DNA of 64,000 nt from Bacteroidaceae bacterium (GCA_017541265.1 JAFXZK010000084.1:4217-68216); one strand, 5' to 3'. Positions 1 to 9,730 are shown, counted from the stretch's first letter. Numbers and translations: made by a program. Notes: generated by a model from the sequence alone, not told the origin.

Positions 1-738
1 TGGTTGGAGACCATCACTGGCATCTCGCCTGTAGGCTTCAGCTACCGTCCGGAAGGCGTTGACTTCCTGACGGCTCACACCTGTCAGGTGGCGGCACATG
101 AGGCTGTGATGCATCCCTATGAATGTACCGCTCTCGACCAGGAAGGGCTTCCTGCAGTCAATAACATTGTGCCGACTGGATTGATTAAGTTAAACTTCGG
201 CCCAGACCAAACTACTGACCCAGCTTGGAACGACATCACACCTGCCCTGCGGACGCACACCAGCATCATCGACAGCAACATGAATGCCACGGGCATCCTT
301 GTGACCTTTACCGGTGACTTCGGAGGCAGCAACAAGAACGGCGCAGCCTATACCACGACTCAAATGCTCATGCCTGCCGATGTGTCGCAGTCCAGTCTTT
401 GGGGCTATGCCACGGGGAAGTTTGGCGGCGGCAGCCCTCGGCAGAGCGCCACGCTTCGCCTGAGCCATCTCAATCCCGAGTTGACGTACGACTTCACCTT
501 CTTTTCCTCGCGCGACAATTGTCAGGACTTCCGCCAGACCAGCTTCATCCTTCAGGGCGAGGACACCAAGGCCGACGCCTTGCAGTCCGCCAACAATGCT
601 ACAGCGACAATTGATATAAAGGATGTCCGCCCCACAACCGACGGACAGATAACCCTCACCATCATGCCCGGCTCGTACAATAACAGCCCCAACCATTTCT
701 ACTACCTTAATGCAATGATAATAAAAGCACGCAAGTAA
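1..738 (+). CDS. C-terminal part of a larger protein of unknown function (5' end outside window)
   Basis: The frame is open from base 1 to TAA 736-738. No catalytic motif recognised. Ser/Thr/Asn-rich sequence ending NHFYYLNAMIIKARK. Neighbours are esterase/hydrolase genes. Confidence 0.45.
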   Translation, partial: WLETITGISPVGFSYRPEGVDFLTAHTCQVAAHEAVMHPYECTALDQEGLPAVNNIVPTGLIKLNFGPDQTTDPAWNDITPALRTHTSIIDSNMNATGILVTFTGDFGGSNKNGAAYTTTQMLMPADVSQSSLWGYATGKFGGGSPRQSATLRLSHLNPELTYDFTFFSSRDNCQDFRQTSFILQGEDTKADALQSANNATATIDIKDVRPTTDGQITLTIMPGSYNNSPNHFYYLNAMIIKARK

Positions 739-764
739 TTCATAATAAATAAATTCAAAATAGC

Positions 765-1268
765 ATGGCACAACAACAGAAACAAATCCAGATTCAGTTC
801 CGCCTGATGGATGTCAGGCAGTTGCAGTTCGTCAACCTTGCCAACGAATGGCCAGAGGGCGAGATGCAGATTAACAACCAGTTGCAGTTCAACTGCGAGA
901 CTGATAAGCGCATCGTGCGCTGCAACGCCAACTTCGAGTACAAGAAGAACGACATCACGCAGCTCATCCTCGGCGTGCAGACTGTCTTCGAGTTCACCCG
1001 CGACAGTTGGAGTTCGCTTTACCAGCTCAACGAAGACCAGTGGGTACTGCCTGCAGGCTTGGTGCAGCACATGGCTGACATCACTATCGGCTCTGCACGC
1101 GGCATCATGGCCGTCCGCAGCGAAGAGGCTGGTATCCCCAAGCAAATTTTGCCTCTCGTCAATCCTGGGCAGATGCTTCGCAACAACATCGCCTTCAAGC
1201 GCGTTCCCCAGCAAGGAGGCAACCCCACAGGTGCCATTCCCTTGGACGGCACCCTCGGCACAGCTTGA
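765..1268 (+). CDS. hypothetical protein, 167 aa
   Basis: ATG at 765, 26 nt after the upstream stop. Same strand and codon style as neighbours. No motif recognised. Pro/Gly-rich C-terminal tail. Confidence 0.4.
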   Translation: MAQQQKQIQIQFRLMDVRQLQFVNLANEWPEGEMQINNQLQFNCETDKRIVRCNANFEYKKNDITQLILGVQTVFEFTRDSWSSLYQLNEDQWVLPAGLVQHMADITIGSARGIMAVRSEEAGIPKQILPLVNPGQMLRNNIAFKRVPQQGGNPTGAIPLDGTLGTA

Positions 1269-1274
1269 ACGGTA

Positions 1275-2393
1275 TTACGGAGTTGCTGAAGGCTTTGTAG
1301 AGAAGGGGAAGATGGTGGCAATCTTCTTGAGGTAGGCATCAGCATACTGGCGCATTCCGAGGTCGTTGGGGTGAAGCCCTTCGACCATGGAGTCTTGCGT
1401 AAAGCCCAGCTCATCGTGGCTAAGATAGTAAAGGCCAGGGACACCATCGGCAATAAGACGCTCGTAGGCTCTCCGTTGTTCCTTGTTGGAGTTGGTGTAC
1501 CGGTCGAAAACCTGCTGCGAACTGGTGCCGTTGGCGTAGTTTTGTTCCACGAGAAGAATGGGAGCCTGGCTGTGTTCGCGCAGGATGCCGATGCCTTTGA
1601 TGAGGCGGTCGTAGATGAGTTCCGTCCGCTCGGTATCCATGTTGGGCAGGCAATCGAGTACGAAGAGCTTGGCATCTATCTCGGCCAGGAGGCGGAACAC
1701 TTCTTCCTCCATGAATGCGTTGCCCGAGAAGCCAAGGTTGATAACCGGAAGTCCGCTCTCGCGATGCACGATATTCGTCCAGGCCATGCCTGTCCGCGAT
1801 GCACAAGCTCCCTGTGCGATGCTGGTGCCATAGACCACAACGGGCTTTTCCTCTGACGCTGGAATGAAGCGCAGCTCACGGTCTTCTGGTACGCCAATCT
1901 CCATCCACAAGACCTCGTTGTAGAGTGGCAGGAACAGCTCGAAGTCATAGCCTTTCTCCTCACCCGTGAAGTAAGTCAGGTCCTTGAACTCATAGTTGAT
2001 GGTGTCCTTGAACGAGAGGTTGAATCTGCTGGCGCACCAGCGCAGGACACCATTGGCATCCGTGGCATAGAGGTCGAGACCAGACACGCCTGTCGTTGGC
2101 ATGTGGAACATGTTCAGTCCGCCCCCTACTTTGTAGCGCATCTTGATGCTTGGCGAATTGGTGTGAAAGCAGATGGAGAGTCCTGCCGACTGCTTCGAAA
2201 GGTTCCAAACCGCCTCCCGCACTACGCCCTCTGCACGGGGCGGCAGACGGTGGTAGCTGTCCTTCAGTTCGCTGTTCCACCAGCGGTTGTGAATTGTGTT
2301 CTCGCCCGCTTCCAGCGGATTCTGCCACCGCGTCTGCGCCGAGACGGAGAGCCATGTGGCGGCAAGCAAGATAGAGAGTAGAGTCTTTTTCAT
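1275..2393 (-). CDS. secreted SGNH/GDSL-family hydrolase (esterase) with N-terminal beta-sandwich domain
   Basis: Signal peptide MKKTLLSILLAATWLSVSAQ. Block-I serine motif VVYGTSIAQG, GFSGNAF block, C-terminal HPNDLG block. Confidence 0.8.
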   Translation of the reverse strand: MKKTLLSILLAATWLSVSAQTRWQNPLEAGENTIHNRWWNSELKDSYHRLPPRAEGVVREAVWNLSKQSAGLSICFHTNSPSIKMRYKVGGGLNMFHMPTTGVSGLDLYATDANGVLRWCASRFNLSFKDTINYEFKDLTYFTGEEKGYDFELFLPLYNEVLWMEIGVPEDRELRFIPASEEKPVVVYGTSIAQGACASRTGMAWTNIVHRESGLPVINLGFSGNAFMEEEVFRLLAEIDAKLFVLDCLPNMDTERTELIYDRLIKGIGILREHSQAPILLVEQNYANGTSSQQVFDRYTNSNKEQRRAYERLIADGVPGLYYLSHDELGFTQDSMVEGLHPNDLGMRQYADAYLKKIATIFPFSTKPSATP

Positions 2394-2578
2394 AGTTCCC
2401 GAGTAATTGCCTTTATTATTATTAACGAAGAAGCTGCTGGAAAAATTGCTTTCGTTTTCGATTTCATTCTCTTTCCTTCAGCCTATTGAAAGGAACGCGA
2501 ATGGCCTCTTTTTGTCGTAGATACCTTCTTTAGAGGAAGTTTTTCGGGGAAAATGAAGTTTGTATGCCTTTTTTCTTG

Positions 2579-2586
2579 TATCTTCG
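2579..2586 (+). promoter_or_regulatory. -7 box-like element (tatcttcg, one mismatch to TAnnTTTG)
   Basis: 37 nt upstream of the ATG at 2624. The 20-mer tatcttcgcacaaaaatagc is nearly identical to 45824-45843. Confidence 0.45.
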
Positions 2587-2623
2587 CACAAAAATAGCTG
2601 TATTCAAAGCAAAAAACACAGAA

Positions 2624-3883
2624 ATGATGCGAACTATTACGAAATTCATGCTGTTGCTCATTCTTGCAGCGACGCCGGCGTTCTGTATGGCACAGCAATT
2701 GGAACAGGTGCGCCCAGAGAAGGTGGACATGGACTCGCAGCGGCTGCTCCGGGCCGACTCAATCATCGAAGAAGCCATCAAGCAGGGTGACATCCCCGGA
2801 GCTGTGCTGGCTGTGGTGCGGCACGGCAAGATGGCATACCTGAAAGCCTACGGCAACCGGCAGGTATGGCCTGTGGTGCAGCCCATGACCACCAACACCA
2901 TCTTCGACATGGCATCGTGCAGTAAGGCCATGTCCACAGCTATCTCCGCCCTTATCCTGTGCGAAGAGGGCAAGTTCCGGATGTTCGATGCCGTGAACCG
3001 CTACGTCCCCGGCTTCGAGGACTGGAAAGACGAGTCGGGCGAGACGACCACCATCCGCATCCATCACTTGATGACGCACACCTCGGGCCTGCCTGCCTAC
3101 TATTCGCCAGACCCCAAAGCCACGCCCAACCCCGATGCCTGCATCGAGCACATCGCACACATGAAGCGTGGCTTCGAGCCGGGCAAGGGCTTTCGCTACA
3201 GCTGCCTGAACTTCATCACCTTGCAGCGCATCATCGAGACCACCAGCGGCATGTCGCTACGGGATTTCTCGCGCAGCCGTATCTTCAAGCCGTTGGGCAT
3301 GAACCACACCGACTACATCCCTTGCGCCCCTGATGCCGAGGGCGTTTGGCACAACACCGACCTACCATGCTGGGCGACGCTGATGCCCAAAGGGGAGGAT
3401 TGGCGCAGCATCGTGGCTCCCACCACGAAGCAAGGGCCTGACAGCGTGCTTTGCGGCATGGTACACGACCCCTTGGCACGCATCATGAATGGCGGCATCA
3501 GCGGCAATGCAGGCCTCTTCAGTTCGGCAGAGGACATCGCCATCCTCTGTGCCATGCTTCAGAACGACGGCACTTGGAACGGCAAGCGCATCATGAGCCG
3601 GCAGACAGCACGACTGCTGCGGACGGTGCCACGCTTTGCCGAACCTTACGGACGCACCTACGGCTGGGACAACTACAGCGCATACGCTTCGTGCAACGGC
3701 GACCTCTTCTCGGGACAGACCTATTGCCACACAGGCTTCACGGGGACGGGCATCGTCATCGACCCCGAGACGGATTGCAGCGTCATCCTGCTCACGAACT
3801 CCGTCCACCCCAACGAAGGTGGCGCAACCATCCGCCTGCGCTCGATAGTCAGCAATGCTGTTGCGGCAAGTATCATAAAATAA
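2624..3883 (+). CDS. serine hydrolase, beta-lactamase (class C-like / PBP4*-like) family
   Basis: Signal peptide MMRTITKFMLLLILAATPAFCMAQ. SxxK active-site motif (MASCSKAM). Start moved from the ORF-track 2564 to the ATG preceding the signal peptide. Confidence 0.8.
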   Translation: MMRTITKFMLLLILAATPAFCMAQQLEQVRPEKVDMDSQRLLRADSIIEEAIKQGDIPGAVLAVVRHGKMAYLKAYGNRQVWPVVQPMTTNTIFDMASCSKAMSTAISALILCEEGKFRMFDAVNRYVPGFEDWKDESGETTTIRIHHLMTHTSGLPAYYSPDPKATPNPDACIEHIAHMKRGFEPGKGFRYSCLNFITLQRIIETTSGMSLRDFSRSRIFKPLGMNHTDYIPCAPDAEGVWHNTDLPCWATLMPKGEDWRSIVAPTTKQGPDSVLCGMVHDPLARIMNGGISGNAGLFSSAEDIAILCAMLQNDGTWNGKRIMSRQTARLLRTVPRFAEPYGRTYGWDNYSAYASCNGDLFSGQTYCHTGFTGTGIVIDPETDCSVILLTNSVHPNEGGATIRLRSIVSNAVAASIIK

Positions 3884-3957
3884 CGCAATAAATATGGCTT
3901 TTCGCTTGTTAGCCATAATTCTTTATTCTTTAATCTTTATTCTTTAATCTTTTTTCG

Positions 3958-3965
3958 TACCTTTG
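3958..3965 (+). promoter_or_regulatory. Bacteroidota sigma-A -7 box TAnnTTTG (tacctttg), der
   Basis: Preceded by a T-rich array. 124 nt upstream of the der ATG. Confidence 0.6.
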
Positions 3966-3979
3966 CACTGCGAAAAAGC

Positions 3980-4043
3980 GGCCTCTCCTAAATCCTCCCC
4001 TGAAGGGAAGGACTTTAAGACGGCCGAAAGGGAGGTCAAGGAC
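3980..4043. repeat. GC-rich palindromic unit family, intergenic copy in the der leader
   Basis: ggcctctcctaaatcctcccctgaagggaagg followed by cggccgaaagggaggtc. Shares the AGNCCTCTCCNAA..CCTCCC-loop-GGGAGG layout with the other copies. Confidence 0.6.
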
Positions 4044-4044
4044 T

Positions 4045-4080
4045 TAAATTGTCAAATTGTTAAATTGTCAAATTGTAAAT
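4045..4080 (+). repeat. aaattgtMaaat word array immediately upstream of der
   Basis: taaattgtcaaattgttaaattgtcaaattgtaaat. Confidence 0.75.
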
Positions 4081-4089
4081 GGCTTTGGT

Positions 4090-5400
4090 ATGTCGAACAT
4101 AGTAGCAATAGTGGGGCGGCCGAATGTGGGTAAGAGTACCCTTTTCAACCGCTTGACGCAGACCAGGCACGCCATTGTGAGCGAAGAGGCGGGCACTACG
4201 CGCGACCGCCAGTACGGCAAGTGCGAGTGGGGACAACGCGAGTTCTCCGTCATCGACACTGGTGGCTGGGTGGTAGGCAGTGATGACATCTTCGAGGAGG
4301 AAATCAGGAAGCAGGTGGCTCTCGCCACAGAAGAAGCCGACGTCATCCTCTTCCTCGTTGACATCATGAACGGTGTGACCGACCTCGACGAGGCGGTGGC
4401 TGGCATCTTGCGAAGGAGCAAGAAACCCGTGCTGCTCGTCTGCAACAAGATGGATAACAACGAGACTTGGCTCTCAGCCGAGTTCTATTCGCTTGGCCTT
4501 GGCGACCCTCAGTGCATCTCCGCAGCAACAGGCAGCGGCACAGGCGACTTGCTCGACCTCGTCGTCAGCAAATTCCCGAAGGAAAGCGATGCTTTGCCCG
4601 ACGAGGACATTCCTCGCTTCGCCGTCGTAGGGCGACCAAATGCAGGCAAATCGAGCCTCGTCAATGCTTTCATCGGTGAGGAGCGTAACATCGTGACCGA
4701 TATTGCAGGCACGACGCGCGACAGCATCTATACGCGCTACGACAAGTTCGGCTTCGACTTCTATCTGGTTGATACAGCCGGCATCCGCCGCAAGAACAGG
4801 GTGAGCGAGGACTTGGAGTTCTATAGCGTCATGCGCTCCATCCGTGCCATTGAGAACAGCGATGTTTGCATCCTGATGATTGATGCCACAAGAGGCATTG
4901 AGACGCAGGACCTCAACATCTTCCAGGTGATACAGAAGAACCAGAAGAGCATCGTTGTGGTCGTCAACAAATGGGACCTCGTGCCCGACAAGGACAACAA
5001 GGTCATCAAGACAATGGAAGATGCCATCCGCGACCGTATGGCTCCCTTCACGGACTTCCCTATCATCTTTGGCTCTGCCCTGACGAAGCAGCGCATCTTC
5101 AAGGTTTTAGAGACAGCAAAAGATGTTTATCTGAACCGTACGCGCAAAGTAACGACTCACAAGCTTAACGAAGAGATGCTGCCGCTCATCGAGGCTTATC
5201 CGCCACCATCGATGAAGGGCAAGTACATCAAGATAAAGTATTGTATGCAGATTCCCGACACCCGCGTGCCGTCGTTCGTCTTCTATGCCAACCTGCCGCA
5301 GTACGTCAAGGAACCCTACAAGCGCTTTCTCGAGAACAAGATACGCGAGAGGTGGTGCTTTACGGGATGTCCCATCAATATTTTTGTGAGACAAAAATAG
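4090..5400 (+). CDS. der: ribosome-biogenesis GTPase Der (EngA), two G domains plus KH-like domain
   Basis: Two Walker A motifs GRPNVGKST and [25 protein letters not shown]. Start at [16 protein letters not shown]. Confidence 0.95.
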   Translation: MSNIVAIVGRPNVGKSTLFNRLTQTRHAIVSEEAGTTRDRQYGKCEWGQREFSVIDTGGWVVGSDDIFEEEIRKQVALATEEADVILFLVDIMNGVTDLDEAVAGILRRSKKPVLLVCNKMDNNETWLSAEFYSLGLGDPQCISAATGSGTGDLLDLVVSKFPKESDALPDEDIPRFAVVGRPNAGKSSLVNAFIGEERNIVTDIAGTTRDSIYTRYDKFGFDFYLVDTAGIRRKNRVSEDLEFYSVMRSIRAIENSDVCILMIDATRGIETQDLNIFQVIQKNQKSIVVVVNKWDLVPDKDNKVIKTMEDAIRDRMAPFTDFPIIFGSALTKQRIFKVLETAKDVYLNRTRKVTTHKLNEEMLPLIEAYPPPSMKGKYIKIKYCMQIPDTRVPSFVFYANLPQYVKEPYKRFLENKIRERWCFTGCPINIFVRQK

Positions 5401-5403
5401 TTG

Positions 5404-5517
5404 AAGAATGAAAAAATAAAAGAATGAAAGAATGAAAAGGTCGGAAGGAACAAAAGGAATCGTGAAGAGTGAAAAGATGAAAACTTCATTCTTTCATTTT
5501 TTCATTTTTTCATTCTT
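5404..5517. repeat. inverted pair of gaatgaaag / ctttcattc word arrays
   Basis: 5404-5439 aagaatgaaaaaataaaagaatgaaagaatgaaaagg versus 5484-5517 cttcattctttcattttttcattttttcattctt. The second arm encodes the lipoprotein signal-peptide core. Confidence 0.75.
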
Positions 5518-5863
5518 ACTACTGCTTTTTGCCTGCACCAAGGGTCTCTATACCCACGAGGCAGCTCGTGTGGCTGCGGAGGATTACTATTCGATGCTTA
5601 TCAAGGGCAACTACAAGGGCTTTGTCAACGGCTATGCCGATGCGGAGAACATGCCCGAAGGCTTCCGAAGCCAGCTTGAAGACGCCACGGCGCAGTTTGT
5701 GGCGGACAACATGCGAAGCCTCGTGTCGGTCAGCGCGATAAGCGACAGTCTCTGCGAGGACAGCACGGCCTACGTCATGCTCGGTCTCTGCTTCTCCGAC
5801 AGCACAATAGAACAGATAGAAGTCCCGCTCGTGCTGATGGAAAATGGGTGGAAGATGAAATGA
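5477..5863 (+). CDS. small lipoprotein of unknown function
   Basis: MKTSFFHFFIFSFLLLLFAC has a lipobox Cys. The hydrophobic core is encoded by a ttcattc word array. The alternative upstream start at 5432 is less likely. Confidence 0.55.
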   Translation: MKTSFFHFFIFSFLLLLFACTKGLYTHEAARVAAEDYYSMLIKGNYKGFVNGYADAENMPEGFRSQLEDATAQFVADNMRSLVSVSAISDSLCEDSTAYVMLGLCFSDSTIEQIEVPLVLMENGWKMK

Positions 5864-5913
5864 AACTCCTAACGGAGTAATTCAAAATGAATAAATTCAA
5901 AATTCAAAATAAA

Positions 5914-8712
5914 ATGAAGAAAGTAATCTCTTTGATGCTGATGCTCGTTGCAGTATCAGTTAACGCACAGATGCAAATGCCTCCTGTCCCTCTTGACCCT
6001 GCTGTCAAGACAGGCAAGTTAGAGAACGGACTCACCTATTATATCCGCCACAACGAATGGCCGGAGAAGCGTTGTGACTTCTACATCGCGCAGCGTGTGG
6101 GTTCCATGCAGGAGGAGGACGACCAGCGTGGCCTCGCACACTTCCTCGAGCACATGTGCTTCAACGGCACGACACACTTTCCTGGTGATGCCCTGAAGCA
6201 GTACTTGGAGCGCATCGGCGTGAAGTTCGGCGAGAACCTCAACGCCTATACGTCCTTCGACGAGACTGTATATAATATAAATAATGTGAATGTCGAGACA
6301 GTCGGAGCCATCGATTCCTGTCTGCTCATCCTGCACGACTGGAGCCACGACCTGCTGCTCGAGGACAAGGAAATCGACAAGGAGCGCGGCGTCATCGAAG
6401 AGGAGTGGCGTGTGCGCCGCAGCGCCCAGTTGCGTCTCATAGAAAAAGCTTTGCCCTTTATCTGCAAGGACAGCAAGTATGCCAACCGCATGCCCATCGG
6501 CACGATGGAGGTCGTGAAGAACTTCCCCTATGAGACTCTCCGCAGCTATTACCGCAAATGGTATCGTCCAGACCTGCAGGCTTTGGTTGTTGTGGGCGAC
6601 GTTGACCCCGATGAAATCGAGAAGAAGTTGCAGACGATGTTTGCCGATATTGCTCCCGCACCTGCCGATGCCGCTGTTCGCGAAGAGTTCCCTGTGCCCG
6701 ACAACGAGGAGCCTCTCGTCTTCATCGGCACGGACAAGGAGTTCCCCGGCATGGTGGCATCCATCATGTTCAAGAGCGACCCGTTGCCTCGAGAGTTGAG
6801 GGGAACCTTGGCTTATGTGATGGTTGACTTCATGAAGGATGCCGTTGCAGGTATGCTCAATGAGCGCCTGAATGAGATAGCTCGTCAGGCAGATGCTCCT
6901 TTCTCTGGTGCAGATATTAGTTATGGCGACTTCTTTGTGGCAAAGACAAAGGATGCACTTTCTCTTGACGTCAGCATGAAGGAAAATCGTTATGCAGAAG
7001 GTGTCAAGGCAGCATACAGAGAGTTGCTTCGTGCTTCTCGCAACGGCTTCACAGAGAGCGAGTATCAGCGCTTCAAGGACGAGTATCTCTCGCAGATTGA
7101 TGCTGCATACGAAGCCCGCGACAAGCGTACGAACACGTCGCTCGTCAACGCCTATGTCCGTCATTTCCTTGACAATATTCCAGCTGCAGGCATCGAGTGG
7201 AGGCATGAGAACATGCATCAAATTGTGCCGAACCTCCCGTTGGAGATGATAAATAAAGGCTTTGCAGAATTGTCTCAGGAGAATCGTGTCGTCCTTGTCT
7301 TCATGCCAGAGAAGGAAGGATTGGCTTGTCCTACGGAGCAGGAACTGCTGTCTGCTTTGGCAGAAGTCGATGCTGAAGATATCGCAGCCTTTACCGAAGA
7401 GGTCAGCACAGACCCGCTTGTGCCTGAACTCAAAAGCAAGGTGAAGGTCAAGAAGATTACCGACGACATCTATGACGCGAAGCTTATCACCCTGAGCAAC
7501 GGCATGAAGATTCACGTCAAGCAAACCGACTACAGCCCCAACAAGATAATCTTCCGCGCGACATCTTGGGGTGGCAATAGCCTCTACAGCAACGACGAAT
7601 ACATCAACACGAGCAATGTCGGGCTGGTGCGTCAGGGTGGACTCGGCAGCTTCTCTGCTGTCGAGCTGAACAAGAAGCTTGCCGGCAAACAGGCAAGCGC
7701 TTCGGCAAGCGTCGGTACCCGTACAGAAAGTATTGACGGCAACTGCGTGAAGAAGGATTTGGAGACGATGCTTCAGCTCGTTTACCTTAACTTCACATCG
7801 CCCAGGCGCGACGACGATGCCTTCACCTCTGCAATGGAGCGCACGCGCAACGCCTTGAAGAACCAGGACCTCAATCCGCAAACCGCCCTCGCCGATAGCA
7901 TGGTCAGCGTTATTTATGACAATAATGTTCGTGCGAAGCGCCTGAAGGAGGCAGACCTCGACCGTATCAGCTACGACCGGCTGCTTGAAATCTACCGCGA
8001 ACGCTTTGCCAATGCCGCCGACTTCGAGTTCTATCTGGTGGGCGATGTCAACGCCGACTCTGTGGCTCCATTGCTTGCAAAGTACCTCGGCGCTCTGCCT
8101 GTCAAAGGCAAGAGTGAGAAGTACCGCGACATCGACCAACGTATCCATAAGGGTGAGCGCGAGTGCTACTTCACGAAGGAGCAGGACACGCCGAACTCCC
8201 TGATTGTGTTCATGTATCATACTCCCATGAAGGAGACGCTGAGGAACGACATCCTTGTCGATATGCTTCAGCAGGCTATGACGATGCTCTACACGGAAAC
8301 CGTGCGCGAAGATAACGGCGGAGCATACGGCGTGCCTGTAAATGCTGGCCTCAGCGACTATCCCGAAGAGATTGCGACGCTGCAAATTGTCCTCCCCACG
8401 GCGCCCGAAAAGCGTATCGCAATGACATCGATTGTAAGTGACGGCATCAAGAAGATGACGGAGAAGGGACCTTCAGAGGAGAACCTCGCCAAGATAAAGG
8501 AGTACATGCTCCGCTCACATCAGGAGAACCTGAAGGACAATGGCTACTGGATGAACAGCCTTGTCAGCAAGACACGCTATGACCAGGAGTTCGTCGAGGG
8601 CTATGAGGAGTGTGTGCAGAGCGTGACAGCCGAGGACATCAAACAGGTGGCAAAGGAAATCTTCGGCAGCGGCAACCGTCTCGTCGTAGGCATGGAAACG
8701 CCGAAGGAATAG
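5914..8712 (+). CDS. M16 (pitrilysin/insulinase) family zinc peptidase, double-domain ~930 aa
   Basis: Inverted zinc motif HFLEH followed by NAYT, with a signal peptide. The alternative start at 5887 is 9 codons upstream. Confidence 0.9.
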   Translation: MKKVISLMLMLVAVSVNAQMQMPPVPLDPAVKTGKLENGLTYYIRHNEWPEKRCDFYIAQRVGSMQEEDDQRGLAHFLEHMCFNGTTHFPGDALKQYLERIGVKFGENLNAYTSFDETVYNINNVNVETVGAIDSCLLILHDWSHDLLLEDKEIDKERGVIEEEWRVRRSAQLRLIEKALPFICKDSKYANRMPIGTMEVVKNFPYETLRSYYRKWYRPDLQALVVVGDVDPDEIEKKLQTMFADIAPAPADAAVREEFPVPDNEEPLVFIGTDKEFPGMVASIMFKSDPLPRELRGTLAYVMVDFMKDAVAGMLNERLNEIARQADAPFSGADISYGDFFVAKTKDALSLDVSMKENRYAEGVKAAYRELLRASRNGFTESEYQRFKDEYLSQIDAAYEARDKRTNTSLVNAYVRHFLDNIPAAGIEWRHENMHQIVPNLPLEMINKGFAELSQENRVVLVFMPEKEGLACPTEQELLSALAEVDAEDIAAFTEEVSTDPLVPELKSKVKVKKITDDIYDAKLITLSNGMKIHVKQTDYSPNKIIFRATSWGGNSLYSNDEYINTSNVGLVRQGGLGSFSAVELNKKLAGKQASASASVGTRTESIDGNCVKKDLETMLQLVYLNFTSPRRDDDAFTSAMERTRNALKNQDLNPQTALADSMVSVIYDNNVRAKRLKEADLDRISYDRLLEIYRERFANAADFEFYLVGDVNADSVAPLLAKYLGALPVKGKSEKYRDIDQRIHKGERECYFTKEQDTPNSLIVFMYHTPMKETLRNDILVDMLQQAMTMLYTETVREDNGGAYGVPVNAGLSDYPEEIATLQIVLPTAPEKRIAMTSIVSDGIKKMTEKGPSEENLAKIKEYMLRSHQENLKDNGYWMNSLVSKTRYDQEFVEGYEECVQSVTAEDIKQVAKEIFGSGNRLVVGMETPKE

Positions 8713-8771
8713 TTGAAAATTGAAAGTTGAAAATTGAAAGTTGAAAGGCAAGTCAGGAGTAGTTTGTCAAC

Positions 8772-8853
8772 GAGGCACGGTTAGTTGGAGAACTAGGCAC
8801 GCCTAATTGGCAAATTAGGTTAGCCTAGTTGACCAATTAGGCACGCCTAATTC
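8772..8853. repeat. taggcacgcctaatt hairpin-word array, locus 1
   Basis: ggcacggttagttggagaactaggcacgcctaattggcaaattaggttagcctagttgaccaattaggcacgcctaatt. Contains aattaggc-ac-gcctaatt hairpins. Confidence 0.75.
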
Positions 8854-8904
8854 TCTGCCGAGCTTGGGTTCATTGAAAATCAATGACTGGCTCAGAGCCT
8901 AAAA

Positions 8905-8979
8905 CAGTAAATAGTAAATCGTCAAATAGCGTAAATCCGCTAATAAATTATAAATTGTAAATTGTCAAATTGTAAATAG
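8905..8979 (+). repeat. (a)aatMgtaaat word array upstream of mlaE
   Basis: cagtaaatagtaaatcgtcaaatagcgtaaatccgc taataaattataaattgtaaattgtcaaattgtaaatag. Confidence 0.75.
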
Positions 8980-8984
8980 AAAAG

Positions 8985-9728
8985 GTGTTTATCGTGAAGT
9001 GGTTGGCCGCTTTTGGCCGTTATCTGCAACTGATGGGGCGGGTGCTGAGCCTGCCTGAACGCTGGCGTATGTTCATGCGGCAGTATGTCCGCGAGATGGG
9101 GTCGCTTGGTGTTGATTCCATCGGCATCGTGCTGCTCATCAGCTTCTTCATCGGTGCCGTCATCTGCATACAGATCAAGCTCAACATTCAAAGCCCTTGG
9201 ATGCCGACCTTCACAACAGGCTACACCACGCGCGAGATTATGTTGCTGGAGTTTTCGTCGAGCATCATGTGCCTCATCCTTGCGGGCAAGGTCGGCTCGA
9301 ACATTGCCTCCGAGATAGGCACCATGCGAGTGACGCAACAGATTGACGCGCTTGAGATAATGGGTGTCAACTCGGCTTCTTTCCTTATCCTGCCCAAGGT
9401 GATTGGCATGATGACGATGATTCCCTTCCTCGTCGTGTTCAGCATCGTCGCAGGATTTGTGGGAGCATACGCCACATCTGTTGCCGGTATCATTACACCC
9501 GACGACCTGACAGTCGGCCTCCTGCATAGCTTCAACCAATGGTATGTGTGGACGAGCATCATCAAGAGCATCGTCTTCGCCTTCATCATCAGCAGTGTGG
9601 CGTCCTATCACGGCTACTTCGTGGAGGGCGGCAGCTTCGACGTGGGTAAGGCCAGCACCAACGCCGTCGTCTCGAGCAGTATGTTGATCCTCTTTACTGA
9701 CATCTTCCTAACATCATTGTTGGCATAG
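8985..9728 (+). CDS. mlaE: MlaE-family ABC transporter permease (phospholipid/lipid asymmetry)
   Basis: Typical MlaE core TREIMLLEFSSSIMCLILAGKVGSNIASEIGTMRVTQQIDALEIMGVN. The start is GTG as drawn; the first ATG is at 9033, so the start is uncertain. Confidence 0.8.
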   Translation: MFIVKWLAAFGRYLQLMGRVLSLPERWRMFMRQYVREMGSLGVDSIGIVLLISFFIGAVICIQIKLNIQSPWMPTFTTGYTTREIMLLEFSSSIMCLILAGKVGSNIASEIGTMRVTQQIDALEIMGVNSASFLILPKVIGMMTMIPFLVVFSIVAGFVGAYATSVAGIITPDDLTVGLLHSFNQWYVWTSIIKSIVFAFIISSVASYHGYFVEGGSFDVGKASTNAVVSSSMLILFTDIFLTSLLA

Positions 9729-9730
9729 TT

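Noticed and set aside
6019-8385. 788-aa ORF antisense to the M16 peptidase gene. Similar long antisense ORFs occur at 12442-13494, 18838-19710, 19723-20484, 20906-21898, 22354-23214, 24657-25922, 28837-29778, 32044-33072, 48816-50141, 60124-61194, 62033-63055 and 63111-63860.
   Set aside because: Each lies opposite a gene with unmistakable family motifs. Their translations are low-complexity (Val/Ala/Leu/His/Gly-rich) with no motifs. These are typical shadow ORFs in G+C-rich coding DNA.
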